From: Bugula neritina
Lineage: Eukaryota > Animalia > Bryozoa
Reading direction: 5' to 3'
DNA length: 64,000 nucleotides
NCBI GenBank assembly: GCA_964035545.1
Contig: OZ037767.1
Location: 24,382,628 to 24,446,627, forward strand
In this document: piece by piece, positions 34,446 to 50,900 of the stretch
Position numbering within the stretch: the stretch's first letter is position 1
Layout of the letters: every line of letters starts with the position of its first letter
Notes under the pieces: generated by a model
Database searches by the model: none
Told to the model about the DNA's origin: nothing
The model's input: the letters and a program-made list of their open reading frames with translations, nothing else
Made by a program: the position numbers and the translations under genes

Positions 34446-34872
34446 GCAGCATAGTTTGTGAAGTCAACCTAACACACATGTATTCATTAGGACTATAAAC
34501 TCAATATGATAGTTCATGATGAGATGGTTTGTTAGCTGTTAGCTAATGAATTACAGGATATGATGTATTATACGCTACTGTAACAAACTCTGTTATGTGC
34601 TTCAAGACTTTGAAGATGTTTGTAAAATGAATCATTCTAAAAATACATTTTCTGAAAATATTATAATACTTGTTATGTATACAGTAAATATATTTTAATA
34701 TATAAATTTTAAATAAAATACAATTAATTTAAATATATTATTATATGATATAAAACATATAACTATAAAATAAACAAATTACAAAACCATCTGTTTTATG
34801 GTATATTATAGCATTATGTACATAAGCTGCTTTGTTGAAAAAAACATTATAGGCAGACAAAAAGATTGAAAA

Positions 34873-37181
34873 CTACAAGAATTTCCAAGGTCCTGTTGGT
34901 GTTCGACTGGTAGAGCTAGCTTGCGTTTCATTGGCCAAAACATCGCCATTAACAGCTGCTTCATAGGAATGTTGTGATGAAGTGTTGAAGTTTCTAAGAT
35001 TGCTAGTGTCAAGGACATAGGATGAGCCGGGTCGAGTGAGATACGAGTTTGACGATTGCCTGCTTGCAGTCGGCCCTGTCATTCGACCTTGAGGTTCCTG
35101 CCAGATAGAATAAGTCACTTATATATAACTGAAGACTTAATCCATAAAACAAGTGATATAGTAGCCATGCAAACAGTACATGTTGTAAAGATACAACTAC
35201 CTTTCTTTACTTTTTATAGCTGTCTTCATAGTAAAAACACAACAAATTATAGCAAATCAAACTAACACATGATGCAACTACACTAATGTTATAATACAGT
35301 ATAACTATACTAATACAGTAATCATACTACAGTATAACTAGATACTAACCTTTACAATAATTCTCTTGCTTAGGAGTTCTGATTTAGTAGTTCTCTGGCA
35401 TCCCACGGCAGCAAAGAGTGGCCAGATGGCATCAACAGCTGATGCAAAATCTGCAGGTGATCTAAATAATGTACAAGCAATTCATTGGAGATGATGACAC
35501 TTGAAGCACTTGCACAGTGTTGTCAGTGGCACAGCTCTTCTTATTGTAAGTAATTTCACAAGAAAAGCATAATATTGCATGAACAACAACTTCAGTCAGT
35601 AGCAAGATTGATTAGGGCAGACTCTTGATATTTGAGTTATATACTTACTAAAAGCTCGAATAACAAACAACTTATGATCCTCTAGCTAAATGCAGATGCA
35701 AAAGATGCTACAAGAAATTGCAGCTAACAACTTTTGCCAGCGATGAATCCTTTTGACACCTAATTGACAAGATTGGACTATTCTTGTAACAATCTTACAT
35801 TACTAACATATTATTGTGTGTGTGCTTGCCTGTGTGCGCCTGTGTATTCCATTTTGTTTCCACTTCCAAAAAAAAAACAAATAATTGACTTAACAATATT
35901 AGTAAAATAAATACTGTAGTTGAAATACCTAGACTGAGAGTCCAACACATCGGTGTTTGATCCTGCCCGCAATAAACTCAGCACAACTGGGCCATGGCCT
36001 TGAAAAGCAGCACAATGCAAAGCAGTCCAGTTGGTACCTTTGTTTACAGCATTTACATCAGCACTAAAAATCAGAATAACTTTCTGTATATGACTAATGA
36101 CTCACTTGGTAAATTTAGTAAATTCAAATACTGAAACTAAGAATAGAATATTTACCCATTTTTAAGAAGGATATTGACAATGTCTGTGTACCCCCAAAAT
36201 GATGCTATAGCTAAGGCAGTCATGCCATCACTTCCTTGGTTATTCACATCACAACCTTTCTGCAAAAGCTGGGTGACAAGCTGAAACAGAAATTATCAAT
36301 AACTACCTAGGCTAGTTGTCAAGAGGCATTTACACTCCAAGTTTGGTATTTGCAGAAAAAAATCATTAAAAAACTATAAAAAAAAAACTGAATCTTCGAA
36401 TTTAATTACTCAATGTTGCATTTAAAAATATAAGATGGCATTGGTGATGGCAATTTGTTTCTCTTAGTCAGTGCAGTATCAATTTGAGTGAAGTTCGTGG
36501 CCTTGCTTTCATTGTACTTATTATTACTACAGTTTTCAAGTTACCATTTTACATCATGACAACTGACAAGTTATGTCAAATTACATACACCAGTATTTTG
36601 TATTAAACATTGAAGAAAAAATTAATAACCATAAGTTTAAAGCTTTTGCCTAAAAACTAACAAACTCACAGTAAAACTTTTATTTACAACTAGTTAGTAA
36701 CAATAACCTTGCTTTCTAAAATTGTATTCATATGCTTGCTATTTATTATGCATTGCTATATAAAATACATACTTAGTATTGTTTACCCAAATATTTAATT
36801 AAATATTAAATGATAAATTACAAAAAAAAATTTTTATTTAACAAAAGTGCAAAGAAGTTTTAGCAAACAAATTTTCAGTAAATGAAAATCTAGCAGTAAG
36901 TGCATATCTCATTATCTGTCTCTCACAGACTGTTCAATTTAGCATAAGAAGTTAATATCCTAATGACAATATAAATATGGCTAAATTTAATACTAATAAC
37001 TCGTCAATTCTGTGCACATATAAAATATAAGAATAATAAGTTGGCAAAACAACATTCTAGCTTTTACTTTTAGTAACTTGAAAAAGAATTTTTATTTTAT
37101 AAGTTAAAACTTACTAAATATACTGCTTACCTTTGTGTCTCCATTTGCCACAGCATTTGTCAATCGACTAAGACTAGCCAT
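34873..37181 (-). CDS. Small ankyrin-repeat protein with low-complexity C-tail (5 exons, ~215 aa)
   Basis: Exons 37181-37131, 36280-36156, 36063-35929, 35461-35350, 35097-34873; GT-AG, phases join. Ankyrin repeats: GCDVN..GSDGMTALAIASFWGYTDIVNILLKNGADVN and NWTALHCAAFQGHGPVVLSLLRAG. Confidence 0.88.
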
Positions 37182-37439
37182 TAACAAAAGAAACCGATTA
37201 ACTTCCAACTCTATCTAATAGACACACTCACAGTGAGCATAAAATTAAATATACAGATGTATCGGAATAAGTACCACTGCCACTGTGATTATTAGTATCG
37301 GTTTGAGTAATAATTAGAATTGAGACTTAAAAGGTTAAGTTAATAATACTAGAGTCACTTGGCAAATTTAATTAGGAGTAGAGCAACAGATCTTAATTTA
37401 AAGTACTAAAGAGTAAAAGTGAACTAAATCATAACCAAA

Positions 37440-37570
37440 TAGACGAAGACACTAACTAGCAAACGCACGCGGTTTGTGGTTGGCGGAAATAAACATCGCT
37501 AAAGCTTAGCAACAATCATGGCAACGTACACCGTATTGGCTACTTGCTTGCAATCTTATTGGCTATTTCA
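37440..37570 (-). promoter_or_regulatory. Probable promoter of the ankyrin gene (two CCAAT boxes, two RFX-like half sites)
   Basis: CpG-enriched patch. On the minus strand AGCCAAT occurs twice (ATTGG at 37535 and 37558), with GTTGCCATG (37525-37517) and GTTGCTA (37513-37507). Confidence 0.5.
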
Positions 37571-38725
37571 ATGCACTCGGGAGATGGTTCAAAAACAAAA
37601 GTAACGATAACTCTACAACCAAAGCTAGAAGCATTATAATACTACCACGCGTGAAGACGAAAACATGATGGCCAATGCTTGTATGATTACAACATCAATT
37701 TAAATCTTAGTGGTTGAAGCCCAAAATTAGCAATACTATAGTTATCACTACTAAAAAAGAAGTCATCAATGTCACACAACAAGTACAAATTATAATTCCA
37801 CCCAATCAAAAGGGCCCTCAAAAGCTAAAAAGTTATAAGCTTGAAGTTGGGTCTATGCTGGCTGACAGAAACTACTCATTATAGCTGAAAAGATATTCTA
37901 CTACGTAGTTTACAACAGCATACATAACTTAAATTTTACTCACCCTGTAAATATGCAGTAATGCAGAGTTTTATGTAACCATGCTTGCTATTTATTTCAG
38001 GCTAACCAGTATGCAACAGTACTATTTGAAACAATTTTGTGATTTTTCATGTCTGCAAGACTTATAGAGTGGTGTGTATGCGAAATAAGTATATACAGGT
38101 GCATTCTATTCACAGGATTTTAGTAGGTGTACAGGCTACAATTTTTAAGAGAACATAACTTCTTTTGCCACAGACTTTTACAAATAGAGCTAGTTTTTGA
38201 TCCTGTACAGGCCTGCTTTAAAGTGCTACACTTTATAGTGACAATACATTACAGCCGTGCGTATCTACATGTGTTTAACAAGATTAAGATTGTTCGTAAC
38301 TAGAAAAAGTAGTTAATAAGAAACTACTTAGAAGCTGCCTGCTGCAAGAATTAAGTAAAGTAAAAGAGATATGAGTATAAATTATATGGAATCTTAAAGA
38401 CATGGCGTGTTTGATCTTCAATAAGTCATTATAATATAATGATACATAATATATAATTTAATAATGCATAATATATTTCTACATTTAATATATATTTTAA
38501 ACTAATTATTATATAACAGAATGATATTTTATTATATTATATTACAATATCTAATGTGATATATTCATGATAAATATAATATATTACCAATTATGTGATT
38601 ATTATGAAGACACTGAATCAATGAGAAGAAAACTCCGATTCAATTAATTCAGTTTACACATTAAACAATCATGTGAAATCTTTAAAAGCCTGCCATCAAT
38701 TTTGGGTTCAAAATTTATGCATGCT

Positions 38726-38767
38726 AAAATTTACCATACGCGCACATGTGCGCGTATGGTAAATTTT
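38726..38767. repeat. 42-bp perfect spacerless palindrome
   Basis: AAAATTTACCATACGCGCACA|TGTGCGCGTATGGTAAATTTT. Confidence 0.95.
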
Positions 38768-39224
38768 GTGCATCTCATCTGACATAATAGTAATACGAAT
38801 ATGTTCATATATAATAGTTGAAACGATTCTTTCAGTGTGTCATTACATAAATTTGGGAGTTATCTGTCTAATTTCTAACATGAACTTGGCAGCTATATGT
38901 AATTATTATTTTGTAAGTTATATTGATAAATTTGGCAAGATAACATTGGGCAAGCGCATTAAGTTTAATGTAGGAGCAGAATTTTTCTCTGTTCAGGGAG
39001 ATAAGCAATTTGTAAGACCTAAAGTTTTTATTCATACACCCAATCGAAACTTGCATCACAACTGTTCAACCATATTATTTAAATCCTCAACGTTGTTTGC
39101 AGAACTTTTTCTTCATTTAGACAGTTGTTAGTCTGATTTCTCACCACCAGTTTATATATAACTGTTAGAACTAGAGTATATAGTATATATAACTGTAATT
39201 AAAAGTAGAGTATAGCATATGATA

Positions 39225-39372
39225 TAGCTGTTAGGGCAATAGAGTAGCATAGAGCTGTTAAGACAATAGAGTAGCATAGAGCTGTTAGGACAATAGAGTA
39301 GCATAGAGCTGTTAAGACAATAGAGTAGCATAGAGCTGCTAGGACAATAGAGTAGCATAGAGCTGCTAGGAC
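39225..39372. repeat. 27-bp minisatellite (~5 units), intergenic
   Basis: AGAGTAGCATAGAGCTG(T/C)TA(A/G)GACAAT repeated. Confidence 0.9.
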
Positions 39373-42300
39373 TTGACTAGTATACTTAATACTTGCTCTA
39401 CTAAATTACCAGAAGAAAGTGTCAGAAGAAGCAGATAATTAAGATAGCTGACTATATTCTAAGACTAATTGAGAGTTTGATAATTAGCAGTATACAGCAG
39501 CATCAATATGCCATATAATTTAGTCATCATTTCTAATAAGTATTGACATATTATATTTCCATTGGCATACCCACTGTGTAAGACTTAAATGTCAGACTAA
39601 GTAAAAATCAACATTGATTGTGCATAGTGGTTTCTGTTTTCCATTATTGTACAGCCAATGTATACTGTATTATATTATATGTTTTATCCTATATTATATT
39701 TTATATACTTTATGTTATATATCATAATATATATTGCAATTATATATAACTGTTGAGATACAAAACAGAAAACTGAAATGATGGGTTTTTGTTGAATGTA
39801 GATCGTGCAAATCCTAGGTGATACCAACCTATCTCAAATAATATGAAGTTAGGTGTTTGGATTCTAAGTATATTAGATATGTTTCACCTCAGACCTCTAA
39901 TTTTAGAATTTAGATAATTCACTCACTGTAATGTAGCATATTTGAGAGATCAGATGGGTTTTAGAACCCTACTTTTAATCAATAACAACTACTGGCTAGT
40001 AATGCAGCAGCATATGGTGAATAGACTCCAGGGATCAAGTAATTTGTGTTATGACTTATGAGTAGACTCTCTAGAGATCAAGTAACTTGTAATATATTTA
40101 TATTTGTCTGTCCAAAGCTTGTCTTGTCTTTTATGCCAAGTTACTAATTAGTTGCAGGCAGATGTATACAATGTATTTTTTCTCACCCATCTCCGATTTT
40201 TCCTGTCCGGCAGCGAGTTTATAATATAATATATATGTATATATAATATAATATATTATAGAGTATATAATAAAATATAGACCCTACTGCCTGATATAAA
40301 CTCTGTAACATAACTGAACCAACATTTGCTCACAGTTTTAAAGTATAGCTGGTATTATGTAAGATATTACATAACTCAATCGCTCAGCTAAGATGATGGT
40401 AAGATTAGGATATTTATTATACATACTCACATGTTTATACCAGCTTCATTTACTTCTCTACTTACAACATTATATGTTAATATAATTTAATAAATCTACG
40501 GTGTATCACATGAATGCATGGTTAGGGTATTGTCACACTCTAGACCTACAAAATAACTTAACCTCTTTTAACTACACAGACTTGAGGTATTATAGGTGCA
40601 GAAATGGAGAAATTGAGAAAAGCCTAAAATAATTAAATAACTTAGAATATCTCAATTTCTCCACTACTATTCCTAAGTGACAGATTTATTAAAATATTTC
40701 GTTCGCTGTGCTAAATGAAGTCAAATAATTTATTAAGAGTTGCTAAGAAATATAATTTCTGATTGTAATTCTTACATTGTTCCATACATTTGGTATGTTA
40801 TATATGGAAGTCTATAAAGCACTCTATCTGAGATACATGCTTTCAAAATTGGCTCTTCTAAAGATAAACCTAAAGTCGTTTCATAAAATCACATTAGTGA
40901 GACTCATTAGTGTGCAGAGGTTTAAGGAGGCACTCAAACCACTCCTTCTTTCCTAACCTTTATTTTCAGAAACTCAGTCAACAAGTATAAAGTTCAAGTA
41001 GGTTTTTGCGTTTTCAAACTCTAATCATTTACTCATTTTATAAACTGGAATTCCTTTAGCCTATAACTTTGCCTACTCAAAAGAAGGACATATTATCTGC
41101 AATAACTAGTGACTCATATATAATTGTTGTAGAGCTATATCTCCAGAGATCAAATTGTAGCAAAATATCAGGCATTCCAATGTTGAGAGAATGGAATTAT
41201 TTTCAATCTTATATGCAAGTCCGAAATTTCTATATGATAATGATCAATTTTATAGATTATTGCATTCTTGTCTGAATGGTTTTTGTGTGATCAAATATTG
41301 ATGAATCTTGTAACACATTGATTGTTATTGGAACCTGCATAGAAATCTACTGAAGCATTGATCAGTAAATATTGTACATAAAATTGTGTTCATGCATGCA
41401 ATATGCCCCCATGTGTTGTATAACCATTATTAGCTTTGTTTCTTTATTAAAATATAGTTTATCGATTTGTTCTGCTTAAACCTATATATATGGATAACTT
41501 ATTGAGGCATGATTGATTGCTATAATGTTTAATGCAAAACTCATAGTTTTCCATAAGTTATTCCTTTAATGAATAATATAACTTTGAGGGCTTTAGACAA
41601 AATCTAAGATAGAAATACATATATACTTGGGCTTTTACTATTAAACTGCACCAACAATGATCGTTATTTAAATTGTGCTTGGGTAGCTGATACTCTGTTG
41701 TGATTTTGTTTTGCTGCTCGTAACTAGGAAACTGCTGCTAAGCTACAACTACTTGAAGCTTGAACTGCTCCACTAGATTACTATCAGCGCTACTGTAATC
41801 AAAGAGGCTAGAAACCAATCACGTGACATGTTTATAATATTTCACCACCGATCTGCACTGTGATAATGCTTCGTGTACAAGACAAGCTTTGCCTTGTTGG
41901 ATGTGTTGTTTTGATCAATAGCCTAGCTTGTGATGTACATGTGCATCAAATGCTTGCTCCGCAATGTACAGTAAACTGGGAATGTGGGCTGTTGCTGTTA
42001 TTGATTGACCTCATTTTACCTCTACACTATCTCATCTGGTAGTGAAACCAAATACTAACAGAGGCCATATCTAAAGACTAATTAAGGGGGCTGACTGCAT
42101 AGGCTAACCTACACAGCACTCATACAGAACTTACAACAGACCTGATGCGCCACTTGTACATTTTTGCTGAGACAAATTGAAATTTATTTAGCCCAAACAA
42201 AGGGTCTCATCATTGTTTTCTAGAATACCATTGTTTCAATGACAGCGAAGGAGCTGATGTAATACATGTTAGCAGATATTTTAAAAGATGCTAAGATTTC

Positions 42301-42803
42301 TTGATCCTATTGAGCCAAATAATCATAAATAAGACATGACCTCACAAGCCAACTTCAAGTATAGTTCTGGGACTGATTTTCCATTATTAATTATTATTCT
42401 AAGAAAATTGAATGATTTGAATGTAGACAAAATGACATTATATTACACTGTGTGCTGGTGCATTATCTAATCACATCTATAAACCCTTTATTTCTACCCA
42501 TCCTGGTTAGGGAGTGCTTTTATTAAGCTGAACAAGGATGGCCCAACATAAATTCTACACTTAGCAGCAGGTCAAAATAACAAGCAATTTTAAGTTGGTA
42601 TGAATGATTTATTGACAGAAAATACTTAAGAGCTATTGCTAATTTAATTTTGACACTTATGGGAGGAGATATAGAAACAAAATTCAAATTACTTAAACGC
42701 AATTGGTGAAGATTGAAAATCCTAACATTTTAGATAATTAACAAAAAGTTTGCAAATAAACATTTGCTGTCAAGATTGATTTTTTGCCGATTGGTTTAAC
42801 TTC

Positions 42804-45602
<2,799 letters not shown>

Positions 45603-45699
45603 CTTGTTTTGATTTTGGTTTGAGCGTAGAGTGAGCGAGAGTTGAAGCTGTTTGCACTAGCTGAAAGCGACTTTCTGGTCACCGGTGTTTGGACGGAAT

Positions 45700-45790
45700 C
45701 ATTTTATATCGCTAATGAGGTCATACTTGTTGCCGCGCAACAGTAGGTAGCAACTTTCTTAGCTCCGCCTATATAAAACATTGAGTCACG
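45700..45790 (-). promoter_or_regulatory. Beta-tubulin core promoter: TATA box plus X-box-like and bZIP-like motifs
   Basis: TATAAAA on the minus strand at 45708-45702, about 100 nt upstream of the ATG; GTTGCCGCGCAAC 45729-45741; GGTAGCAAC ending 45754; TGAGTCA 45782-45788; CpG-rich context. Confidence 0.6.
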
Positions 45791-47245
45791 CGTAGTGAAC
45801 ACTTGTGCGAAAACTAATTGTTCCGGTATCACAACTCGTACGTAAATGGCCAAACAGTGATTTGCATGACAAAAATACACAGTAAATTTGCAGCTTAAAC
45901 TTTAAAAAGTTTACTTAAATTATAAAGCTTACCATGACAATACCATAAAAATAACTTTAAACCATTGGTCAAGGTGTAAGGAAAATAGTGGGGGTACCCT
46001 AAGAATTTAACTACATATATATCAGTTTAAGTGCAAGGGATGCCATTGGCCCTTAATTTTTCTACAAATATAAGTTTAAAATAAGTAGAATGTCAGAAGA
46101 AAGCAGCGATGGAAACGTCCTTTTTTTGCATATGATTAAAATGTATGGGGAATTATGGTGGAGGTATATATATAGTGCACCCCTTCATACTTTCATCTCA
46201 ATCACTGCTTTAAATTAATATTATATTTTTAAATATTCCTATAGGTACGGAAAAGCACAGACTTACTGGTTTTGAAAAATATATTTAAAGATGATAATTG
46301 CTTAGTAGCACTAGTTATAGCAGCTAGCTTTATAGCATGAGAAGCTGACTTTCTGTGAAATGCAGAACTCATACTTTAGCTCTCTCAACTCAGAAATTAT
46401 AAATCAAAATAAAATTTGCATCCCTATAAGAAAACGAATGGCATATGAGAAAACTTTGACCGAGGTCCACTTATTACTACTAAAAATAAAAGTGTAAAAA
46501 CTAGCATCCTATGATGTCTATTATAACTGATACAACCATTAAAAATTTCATATCTTTAAGCTCAACATATATATACCTTATTTAGGTATCATACATGGGA
46601 TTTAGCTATTTTTATGTTGGGTTATAAATTTACACCAATACTGCTTTAATTATTTTTGCATGACCATGCTTTGTGCTAACAATGGCCTAGATATTAGAGA
46701 TTGGAGTTGCCAATAATTAATACACCCTAATAATATTTTAGTATAATAAGTTTTTATCATGAAATTTACAAGTTGGCAGTCTGGAGATATTGAATGTTCT
46801 CATGGGTGGTGTTAGCTGTATTAAAGCCCATGCCCTCTTCACTAAGTAAACTTTACCACCCCAATCATTAGTACAGCACTAACAACATTAAAAGCTAGTT
46901 GCTAAGCGAAAGCTGTGGGTGTATTAGAATGAGTTAGGAGCTGGAATTTAATTTGAAAACTTTTTGATAAGCATAACAGGCATACCTATTTCAACAATAG
47001 TTGGTTTATCAAGCTGTATAACTGTATTGTTAAAGATCTATTGACCGTTCGCAAACACTTAGCTTTTTATATTGAGCAGTATTAGTGGCAGTATAAGAGA
47101 CTAAATTTTTATTGGAAAATAAAGCTGATAAAGAAAGCAAAGCTTTTTGTTTAGAATCCATCATAGAAACAACACTAGCTACATTTAAAGATAATTCCTA
47201 TCAAGTTATTATCATGTCAGCACCCCGAAAATAATAACACAAAAA

Positions 47246-47958
47246 AACTTTACATTATAAGTTATATGGAGGTGAAGCTAAGATATAGCTACTGTTACAT
47301 GAGTATGCAGAACAGAGTATACAATATTGTAAGTGAATTTTTGAAACCTAATGGAATTATTAATATAGATTTGTTTGAATGCAAAGCCATACAAGTAGTA
47401 GAAAACAATACGATTGAGAAATAAATAGAATACATATACAGAGTAATGGTGTTGTTACAGAATCTACCCTCACCTGCATATTATGTCCTTTTATATTACA
47501 AGAAAAATACAAAATTAACATAATTATGTTCAGAATCTAAAGACTAGGTATCTGTAGTAGACATGATCGTCCCGTGTTTCAATAACATTAGCTTCAGCAC
47601 CAACATTAGTTTCAGGGCCAGCAATAACTTTACATTATAAGTTATACGGAGGTGAAGCTAAGATATAGCTACTGTTACACGAGTATGCAGAACAGGGCAT
47701 ACAATATTGTAAGTGAATTTTTGAAACCTAATGAAATTATTAATATAAATTTGTTTGAATGCAAAGCCATACAAGTAGTAGAAAACAATACGATTGAGAA
47801 ATAAATAGAATGCATATACAGAGTGATGGTGGTATTACAGAATCTACCTCCACCTGCAAATTAACATAATTATGTTCAGAATCTAAAGACTAGGTATCTT
47901 TAGTAGACAAGATCTTCCCATGTTTCAATAACATTAGCCTCAGCACCAGCAATAACTT
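47246..47958. repeat. Direct tandem duplication (~385 and ~333 bp) covering the ZNFX1 stop codon and 3' UTR
   Basis: AACTTTACATTATAAGTTATA.GGAGGTGAAGCTAAG starts at 47246 and 47626; both copies end CCAGCAATAACTT (47630 and 47958). Confidence 0.93.
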
Positions 47959-50900
47959 CGGTTTCAGCAGTTTGTAGTGTATCCTGGTGCCGAATAGAGC
48001 TGCTTTCCACAATTTCTCTGTTTGCATCTGAATCTTTTAGCTTAGCTTCCTGCCGTAGGTTCTCAGACAAATATCTCTGAAATTCTCGAGCAAGATATTG
48101 TCTGCTAAGCCCAACAGTGTGAGGTTCCGGACTATTATTCCGGGATATAATATATGCATCTAAAACACAGACACAAGCATTAAAATATATTTAGAATTGA
48201 AATCTTAGTAGCATCTATATTTAACTATTAACATTTATTAGAGCTCTCATAGCCGACATCTTTTCATGACAATCCTGGTAAATGAGTAAGGATTTCTTTA
48301 AAATGATATTTCACTGCACTTAAATGGAGCGAAACATGCCAACACATGCACAACTATAACGACAGCATGTGCCTACAAGGGAACAACTGCCTCAAACATT
48401 TGTGTGACAAAATATGTCGACCATATTGACTTTTTTCTAATGAATGAACTTTCTTAACCATGACATTTACTAAAAGAAAAGCAGAAGGTATAAATCACGC
48501 TAGGAAATGAGACCAAAAGAGGTTTTGCTGATGTTTTACTCATTTACTAACTAGTTTACTTTTATGATATTTATATTAACCTAAAGTGTGGTGATAGCAG
48601 CACTGCCTATATCACCAAGTACTTCCATCTGACATATCATAGAGTCAGCTGTAAGACCAACCTTGTAACTCTTCCTTTCTCTTAAGGGATGTCGTGGAAG
48701 ATGCCAATTTAATCAGCACATCAGGAGTTGTCTTCTTTGCTCTGGTTTGTGGAGCATACCTGGCAGTGTTGAGCACTGGACGTCTGCAGAACTCAAAGGG
48801 ACAAAGAATCGGGTTTCCAGCAGCAAAGTTTCTTTCAACATATTCATCCATGTAATCAACCTACAATGATAGCAAACCTATACATTATAACCACTGAAGT
48901 TACAGAGACTACAACTCCTACACTGTACTGACACCAGGAGTGTAATATTGTTCAATATCATAAAATAAAACTGCATATTTAAATATGGGCTGTGAGCAAA
49001 GGCTATTGAAACAGATCAAAGGCTAATAATACTTCGTCTAAAACAAGGCAGGATGTATAAAATATATCCAAGAGAGAGAAGTAAGTAAAGTTGAGAGCTG
49101 GACTGAGATTGAGTAAATGCAGATCAAAAGTCAAATGACCACTCAGAAATTTCTAGAATAGAAAGAATGTAAAGCAAAGCTTTCAACTTAATTTAATATT
49201 TTAGTAAAAGGATCATTACAAAAAAACTGCATTAAAAATTATAAATTTTAAAAGCAAACAAATTTGATTTTACTAATTAAACAGAACTTCAAAAGAATAT
49301 TGACAATGTTAGTCCCACATCAAAGAGGTTTAATAAAATCAGCTCTTTTATATCTGTTAGACTGTCACATATTTTAACCGCAATAGTTCAAGAACAAGAA
49401 GTACAAGAAAGCATTAGCTGTATTGAAGAGAAGGCAGAGTAATGTCACTAAAGAGCGCAATACTCCTAACAGAATTGGCAAGCCAGGAGACACTGTAAAC
49501 ACTCTTAGTCTTTTAGTTGACACTAGCACTGCTTGAAAACCATACAGAATACTAGGGCCTAACGTTTTTTAACAAACAGAACTTTAATCATAACTAAAGA
49601 AGAATTTTCTTACGGGCAGTGAATGGCAGCAATCTCTGAGAAACATCCAGCGTGTGGTGCTGTCAACTGCTGCTTTCAAATAGTTTCTGGCTGATGCCAC
49701 AACAGCTTCTCTATCACATGCAGGGCACATATTAGGGCAGGGCTCACTGCACATGCCTAAACAGTCATACGTCTGAAAACACACCAGGCATAAAAACAAC
49801 AATATTAGCAGAAGTTATACAAAAAATCATCATTTCAAAGATGATAACCTATGTATGTATGCTTATGGCCTTTATTTACTCAAGATATGAAGAAGTACAG
49901 CAGGCTTCATACTATTATATTACACTACGCATGATGCCTCTAGTATAGTACTTCTAAGTGTAAGTTAATTGATGATTTTTATAAAAAAAGTAACAGCATA
50001 ACTGTAACAATTATTATTATAGTATACTTTTTGATTTAGTATTTAGATTTAAACTTATCTCTGTTAAAACTAAATTAATGCAGAAGGATCTGTTTGAATT
50101 TCAACATTGCGATTGATTTGAGTTCTATGTTATCACATTCTTCACACCAAAAAGTGTAAAATATTTTATTACTTATTTTAAAATATATGTTATTTACAAA
50201 ATAACTCTGCCACACTAAACGATAAAATTCTAATTATATGCCTATATGGTATTCAGGAGAACAAAACAAGAGTTAATTATGTAGCATATTGAGAAATACT
50301 TACAATTTTCTTGCATTTTCTGCATTTTAATTTTCTGGTACACTCTTCATAGCATGGGACATGGTCACACAGCATTTCACAGGGACCAGAGCAACTCTTT
50401 TCATGCTTTTTACAGCCCCATTTGCATTTCCTGTCCTTTTTACTATCCTCCTTTTTATTGTTAGTGTGCTTATCAAAAAGGCATTCTTCAAAACATTTCC
50501 GCAAGCACTTTCTTGGGTGACTACAACTGCAGAAAAAAGTACATGATACAACTGTGATAAAATAATGTAATTATATGTGACAATATAAGGCAACTCCATG
50601 TTACAATATGACTTGATTTGTCAAATTAAAACCATAAACTAGAAATACATCATCAGAAATTTTTAGAATGTATGATTGAAGAATGCCAGACAATCATGAA
50701 TCTAACACCAGCAAGGTCAAGCAAGGTCAGTAAATGCAGCAGATTCCAGTAATAAATCAGGACTAATACAAGAGACAAGACTTACACATATTCATAGTTA
50801 CAATATAAATCAAGAAATCTAATCATGTAGCAACATATCAGAGAACCTCATAAGACACAAATGACCTATGGGAGAAGCTAAGGGGAAGCAGTGGTGTATA

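Noticed and set aside
40558-40924. Possible old TTAA-type MITE (TTAACCTCT...AGAGGTTTAA, internal 14-bp inverted repeat TGGAGAAATTGAGA)
   Set aside because: Terminal match is too short and imperfect to call without other copies.
38766-41275. Short intergenic ORFs as a hidden gene or transposase remnant
   Set aside because: No recognisable motif, stops in every frame I tried and no consistent exon chain.
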